NCBI GenBank assembly: GCA_032128115.1
Contig: JAQBHB010000014.1
Span: forward strand, 26,052 to 90,051
DNA length: 64,000 bases
Direction: 5' to 3'
Source of the DNA: Deltaproteobacteria bacterium
GTDB taxonomy: Bacteria; Myxococcota_A; UBA9160; SMWR01
The notes below the pieces were generated by a model that saw nothing but the letters and a program-made list of their open reading frames with translations, was not told where the DNA came from and did not search any database. The first letter of the stretch is position 1. Each line of letters opens with the position of its first letter. This document shows, piece by piece, positions 59,166-64,000 of the stretch. A program made the position numbers and the translations under genes.

Positions 59166-59813
59166 CTACTCGAAGTTCGAGAAGACGCCCTTGAGGAACT
59201 CTTCCTGGGACACGCCGAACTTGCCCTGCAGGTCGTGGCGTTCGTCCAATGAGCGATAGAGGCGGCACAGCAACTCGCGGAAGGTTTCGAGAACGCCCTC
59301 ACCCGTGCTGGCGGTGGCCGGGAAGGCCGGCAGCTCGCCCCAGGCCTCCTTGATCTCCTGGAGAGGTTTCACATCCGGCAGGTCGCGCTTGTTGAACTGG
59401 ATGACCTTGGGAATCTGCTCGAAGTCGATGCCGTTCAGTTTCAGGTTCGCTTCCATGTCGCGCCAGGAGTAGGCGTTGGCACTGGCCGAACCGCGCTGGG
59501 AGTCCGCGATGAAGGCCACCGCGTCGGCTCCGGCCAACACCACCTTGCGGGTCGATTTGTGCATGACCTGGCCGGGCACCGTGAAGAGCTTGATCTTGAT
59601 GGAGAAGCCGTTCGCGGTGCCGAACTGGATGGGCAGAAAATCGAAGTACAGGGTCCGATCGTCCGCGGTGTCGAGGGTGACCATCTTCCCCTTCGATCCC
59701 GCTTGAATCAGCTTGTGAAGTTGCCTGAGATTGGTGGTCTTTCCCGACAGCGCCGGTCCGTAGTAGACCACCTTCACGGTGATCTCGCGCTCCGACATGT
59801 TGATCTGGACCAT
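59166..59813 (-). CDS. MglA-family small Ras-like GTPase
   Basis: KVVYYGPALSGKTTNL, DRTLYFDFLP, FTVPGQV, FIADS, QFNKRDL. Confidence 0.92.
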   Translation of the reverse strand: MVQINMSEREITVKVVYYGPALSGKTTNLRQLHKLIQAGSKGKMVTLDTADDRTLYFDFLPIQFGTANGFSIKIKLFTVPGQVMHKSTRKVVLAGADAVAFIADSQRGSASANAYSWRDMEANLKLNGIDFEQIPKVIQFNKRDLPDVKPLQEIKEAWGELPAFPATASTGEGVLETFRELLCRLYRSLDERHDLQGKFGVSQEEFLKGVFSNFE

Positions 59814-59896
59814 CGCCGTGCGGACCCCTGCGACCACCGGGAGTACCCCGGTGGTCTTGTCATCGGCAGACGGCTGCCCGCAGTGAAGCGACTTGC

Positions 59897-60874
59897 CTAC
59901 TTGCGAAAGGCCTCGAGCAGGGACCGGGCGGCGGCGGCGGGCGTGATGCGCAGCGCCTCCACATCCGCCTCCAGGGCCTCGATCCGGGCCGCGACGGCAG
60001 GATGCGCGCCGAAGGCCTCGCGCAGGCCCTCCTCCACCAGACTCCACATCCACGAGCGCGCCTGCTCGCGGCGCCGGAGCTGGAACTGGCCGCTGGCCTC
60101 CTGCGCCGCCCGGTGCGCCCGGACCGCCTCCCAGACCTCCTGGATCCCGTCTCCAGTGGCGGCGCTGACCGCCAGCACCCGCGGCGCCCCGCCCGCTCGC
60201 GACCGCAGCAGGCCCACGGCCTGCAGGTACGCCGCCTGGGTCCGCAAGGCCGCGGCCTTCTGATCGCCATCGGCCTTGTTCACCACCAGGATGTCCGCCA
60301 GCTCCAGAACCCCCCGCTTGATGCCCTGGAGGGCGTCGCCGGCGCCCGGCTGCAGCAGCACCAGGAAGAAATCCACCATGGAGGCCACGCTGACCTCGGA
60401 CTGGCCAATGCCCACGGTCTCCACCAGCACCACGTCGAAGCCCGCGGCTTCGCACAGCAGCATGGCCTCGCGGGTGCGCTGGGCGACCCCGCCCAGGGAA
60501 CCCCCGGAAGGCGACGGTCGGATGTAGGCGCGCTCGTCCTGGGCCAGCCGCTCCATACGGGTCTTGTCGCCCAGGATGCTGCCGCCGGTGCGCGGGCTGC
60601 TGGGGTCGACGGCCAGCACGGCCAGCCGGTGGCCCGCCTCGACCAGCTGCAGGCCCAGGGCCTCGATGAAACTGCTCTTGCCCACTCCGGGCGGCCCGGT
60701 GATGCCCACCCGCATCGCCTGCCCGGTGTGGGTCACCAGCTCCTCGAGCAGGGCACGGCCCCGAGCGGCCCGATCGGAACGGGTGCTCTCCAGCAGGGTG
60801 ATGGCCTTGGCGATGGCGCGCCGATCGCCCCGCCGGATCTCGTCCGGGCCCGGGTCCGCGACCGCAGCGCTCAT
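59897..60874 (-). CDS. meaB: Methylmalonyl-CoA mutase-associated GTPase MeaB
   Basis: [43 protein letters not shown]. Confidence 0.95.
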   Translation of the reverse strand: MSAAVADPGPDEIRRGDRRAIAKAITLLESTRSDRAARGRALLEELVTHTGQAMRVGITGPPGVGKSSFIEALGLQLVEAGHRLAVLAVDPSSPRTGGSILGDKTRMERLAQDERAYIRPSPSGGSLGGVAQRTREAMLLCEAAGFDVVLVETVGIGQSEVSVASMVDFFLVLLQPGAGDALQGIKRGVLELADILVVNKADGDQKAAALRTQAAYLQAVGLLRSRAGGAPRVLAVSAATGDGIQEVWEAVRAHRAAQEASGQFQLRRREQARSWMWSLVEEGLREAFGAHPAVAARIEALEADVEALRITPAAAARSLLEAFRK

Positions 60875-60881
60875 GGGCTCG

Positions 60882-63032
60882 TCACGCCCGCTGCGATCCG
60901 ATCACCCGGAGCACCTCGCGCGCGGACGTCGGTACGGGGGTGCCGGGGCCGAAGATGGCTGCCACGCCCCTCTCGCGCAGGAACGGGTAGTCCCGGGACG
61001 GGATGATGCCTCCCACCACCACGGCCACCTCGCTGCCACCCTGGCGCCCGAGTTCTCGCACCAGCTCCGGCACCAGCGTCTTGTGGCCGGCGGCCTGGCT
61101 CGAAACACCGATGACATGCACGTCGTTCTCGATGGCCTGGCGCGCCGCCTCTTCCGGAGTCTGGAACAGCGGGCCCACGTCCACGTCGAAACCCAGGTCG
61201 GCGAAAGCGGTGGCGATCACTTTCATGCCGCGGTCGTGGCCGTCCTGGCCGAGCTTGACCACCAGCATGCGCGGGCGCCGGCCCTCGCGCTCGGCGAACT
61301 CCGCGACCTCGTTGCGAACCGCGTCGAACTCCTCGTCGCCCGCGTATACGCCGCCGTACACACCGGACACGGATTGCACGTTGGCCCTATATCGTGTGTA
61401 GACCTTCTCCAGCGCCTCGGAGATCTCACCCACGCTGGCCCGGACACGCACGGCCTCGACCGCGGCCGCAAGCAGATTGCCCTCCCCGGACCTGGCGAGC
61501 CCCGACAAGTGCGCCAGGGCGGACTCCACGGCGGCGGGATCCCGGCGCCTCCGGATCTGTTCCAGTCGCGCCACCTGGGACTCGCGCACCGCCACATTGT
61601 CCACGTCCAGGAGGTCGAGCTCGGGCTCGTCGGCAATCTGGTACTTGTTGACGCCCACGATCACGTCGTCGCCCCGGTCCACTCGGGCCTGGCGCCGCGC
61701 CGCACACTCCTCGATGCGAAGCTTTGGCATGCCAGCCACGATGGCCCTGGTCATGCCGCCGAGCTCCTCCACCTCGGAAAGGATGCGGCGCGCCTCCCGG
61801 GCCATGCTGTGCGTGAGCGACTCCATGAAATAGGAGCCTCCCCAGGGATCGATCACCTGCGGGATCCCCGTCTCTTCCTGGAGGATCAGCTGGGTGTTGC
61901 GGGCCACGCGCGCCGTGGCGTCGGTGGGCAGACCCATGGCCTCGTCGTAGGCGTTGGTGTGAAGCGATTGGGTTCCACCGAAAACCGCGGCCATGGCCTC
62001 GATGGTCGTGCGGATCACGTTGTTGATGGGATCCTGCTCGGTGAGGCTCGCCCCCGACGTCTGGCAGTGGGTGCGGAGCATGGACGAGCGGGGATCCTTC
62101 GGCTCGAACGGCGCCATCAGCTCCGACCACAGCAACCGCGCCGCGCGCATCTTTGCGATCTCGAGGTAGAAGTTCATGCCGATGGCCCAGAAGAAGGACA
62201 GGCGCGGTGCGAAGTCGTCGATGGACAGGCCCTTCGAGAGGCCCGCACGCACATAGTCCACTCCGTCGGCCAGGGTGAAGGCCAACTCCAGCGTCGGCGT
62301 CGCCCCAGCCTCCTGCATGTGGTAGCCGCTGATGGAAATCGAGTTGAACTTCGGCATGTGCCGGGTGGTGTACTCGATGATGTCCGCCACGATCCGCATG
62401 CTGGGTTCGGGCGGATAGATGTAGGTATTGCGGACCATGAACTCCTTGAGGATGTCGTTCTGGATGGTCCCGGTGAGCTTCTCGAGGGGGCAGCCCTGCT
62501 CCTCGCCGGCCACGACGAAACAGGCCAGGACCGGCAGCACCGCGCCGTTCATCGTCATGGAGACCGACATCTGGTCCAGCGGGATGCCGCCGAACAGGAT
62601 CTTCATGTCCTCGACCGTATCGATCGCGACCCCCGCCTTGCCCACGTCGCCCACCACCCGGGGGTGGTCGGAGTCGTAGCCGCGATGCGTGGCCAGGTCG
62701 AACGCCACCGACAGTCCCTTCTGGCCGGCTGCCAGGTTGCGGCGATAGAAGGCGTTGGACTCCTCGGCGGTGGAGTAGCCGGCGTACTGGCGGATGGTCC
62801 ACGGCCGGTTGACGTACATGGTGGCGCGGGGCCCGCGCAGGAAGGGTGCCATCCCGGGCAGCGAGTCGGTGAACTCCAGTTCTTCCAGGTCCGCCGCCGT
62901 GTAGAGGGGCTTCACTCGCAGCCCCTCGGGCGACGTCCAGAACAGATCGTCCGGGTCGCCGCCGCGCAGGTCCGCGCGGGCCAGCTCGCGCCAGGCCGCC
63001 AGGTCGGCCGCGCCCCGATTCTGCTTCTTCAT
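60882..63032 (-). CDS. scpA: Methylmalonyl-CoA mutase (B12-dependent)
   Basis: [50 protein letters not shown]12 motif. Confidence 0.95.
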   Translation of the reverse strand: MKKQNRGAADLAAWRELARADLRGGDPDDLFWTSPEGLRVKPLYTAADLEELEFTDSLPGMAPFLRGPRATMYVNRPWTIRQYAGYSTAEESNAFYRRNLAAGQKGLSVAFDLATHRGYDSDHPRVVGDVGKAGVAIDTVEDMKILFGGIPLDQMSVSMTMNGAVLPVLACFVVAGEEQGCPLEKLTGTIQNDILKEFMVRNTYIYPPEPSMRIVADIIEYTTRHMPKFNSISISGYHMQEAGATPTLELAFTLADGVDYVRAGLSKGLSIDDFAPRLSFFWAIGMNFYLEIAKMRAARLLWSELMAPFEPKDPRSSMLRTHCQTSGASLTEQDPINNVIRTTIEAMAAVFGGTQSLHTNAYDEAMGLPTDATARVARNTQLILQEETGIPQVIDPWGGSYFMESLTHSMAREARRILSEVEELGGMTRAIVAGMPKLRIEECAARRQARVDRGDDVIVGVNKYQIADEPELDLLDVDNVAVRESQVARLEQIRRRRDPAAVESALAHLSGLARSGEGNLLAAAVEAVRVRASVGEISEALEKVYTRYRANVQSVSGVYGGVYAGDEEFDAVRNEVAEFAEREGRRPRMLVVKLGQDGHDRGMKVIATAFADLGFDVDVGPLFQTPEEAARQAIENDVHVIGVSSQAAGHKTLVPELVRELGRQGGSEVAVVVGGIIPSRDYPFLRERGVAAIFGPGTPVPTSAREVLRVIGSQRA

Positions 63033-63081
63033 CGCAATTCTCCCGAAAGAGCCCGAACCATAACCGCTCCGCCCGCCGGCA

Positions 63082-63999
63082 TCACATGGAGCGCCGGTAG
63101 CGGCCACCCACCTCGAACAGGGCGTTGGTGATCTGCTCCAGGCTCGCCACCTTGACGGTCTCCATCAGCTCCTCGAAGACGTTGCCCCCGGAGCGCGCCA
63201 CCGCCTGGAGTCGCGCCAGGGCCCCGGGTGCCCGCTCCGCGTGGCGCTTCTGGAAGGTCGCCAGGCTCGCCAGCTGCGCCTGTTTCTCGGCTTCGCTGGA
63301 GCGCATCAGCGCCGAGGGCTCGGGACCCGACTCCGGATGGGGATTCTCGAAGGTGTTTACGCCCACGATGGGCAGCTCGCCCGAATCCTTCAGCGACTCG
63401 TAATGAAGGCTCTCGTCCTGGATGCGGCCGCGCTGGTAGCGGGTCTCCATGGCGCCCAACACCCCGCCCCGTGACGACAGGCGCTCGAACTCACACAGCA
63501 CCGCCTCCTCGACTGCATCGGTGAGCTGCTCGGCCAGGTAGCTGCCCTGCAGCGGATTCTCGTTCTTGGTCAGGCCCAGCTCGCGGTTGATGATCAACTG
63601 GATCGCCAGGGCGCGGCGCACCGACTCCTCGGTGGGCGTCGTCACCGCCTCGTCGTAGGCGTTGGTGTGAAGGCTGTTGCACTGGTCCTGGAGAGCCATC
63701 AGGGCCTGGAGCGTGGTGCGGATGTCGTTGAAGGCCATCTCCTGGGCGTGCAGCGACCGGCCCGACGTCTGGGTGTGGTACTTGAGCTTCTGGCTGCGCT
63801 CCGACGCGCCATAACGCTCCCGCAGGGCGACTGCCCAGATGCGCCGGGCCACGCGGCCGATCACGCTGTACTCGGCGTCGAGCCCGTTGCTGAAGAAGAA
63901 CGAGAAGTTGGGTGCGAATTCATCGATGGCCATGCCCCGCGCTGCGTAGTACTCGCAGAGGGTGAAGCCGTTGGCGAGCGTGAAGGCCAGCTGGGTGAT
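63082..63999 (-). CDS. icmF: Fused isobutyryl-CoA mutase IcmF, C-terminal part (5' end outside the window)
   Basis: [55 protein letters not shown]; no C-terminal B12 domain. Confidence 0.88.
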   Translation of the reverse strand: MTQLAFTLANGFTLCEYYAARGMAIDEFAPNFSFFFSNGLDAEYSVIGRVARRIWAVALRERYGASERSQKLKYHTQTSGRSLHAQEMAFNDIRTTLQALMALQDQCNSLHTNAYDEAVTTPTEESVRRALAIQLIINRELGLTKNENPLQGSYLAEQLTDAVEEAVLCEFERLSSRGGVLGAMETRYQRGRIQDESLHYESLKDSGELPIVGVNTFENPHPESGPEPSALMRSSEAEKQAQLASLATFQKRHAERAPGALARLQAVARSGGNVFEELMETVKVASLEQITNALFEVGGRYRRSM

Positions 64000-64000
64000 G

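Overview
High-GC bacterial chromosome window. Gene content (MglA-family GTPase, DUF4388/PatA-type proteins, PilZ, PEP-CTERM, thrS-infC-rpmI-rplT-pheST-ihfA-merR-tRNA-Pro order, AUC-start infC) suggests a Myxococcota-like/deltaproteobacterial organism (inference). Housekeeping genes: mutL (partial), pcm, an nlpD-like gene, the thrS-ihfA cluster, dnaE, guaAB, miaB, ribBA (frameshifted), meaB, methylmalonyl-CoA mutase, icmF (partial), and tRNA-Arg(CCT), tRNA-Pro(GGG), tRNA-Val(GAC). Accessory blocks at about 6-22 kb and 25-34 kb are rich in envelope proteins. Most notable: (1) a UGSC-motif selenoprotein split in the ORF track at an in-frame UGA that has a SECIS-like hairpin 11 nt downstream, coupled to a thioredoxin-fusion gene; (2) a candidate stand-alone ~165-nt structured sRNA with its own sigma70-like promoter and terminator; (3) an 846-bp integrase-less mini-island bounded by a 44-bp tRNA-Arg duplication; (4) several apparently catalytically dead signalling proteins (pseudo-bEBP, His-less HPt, degenerate GGDEF, pseudo-REC/DUF4388/pseudo-GTPase) and an orphan MglA-like GTPase; (5) a PLAT/LH2-like + secreted protein + Yip1 operon; (6) a 1-bp frameshift in ribBA. 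All family calls are from motif recognition by eye, not database searches.
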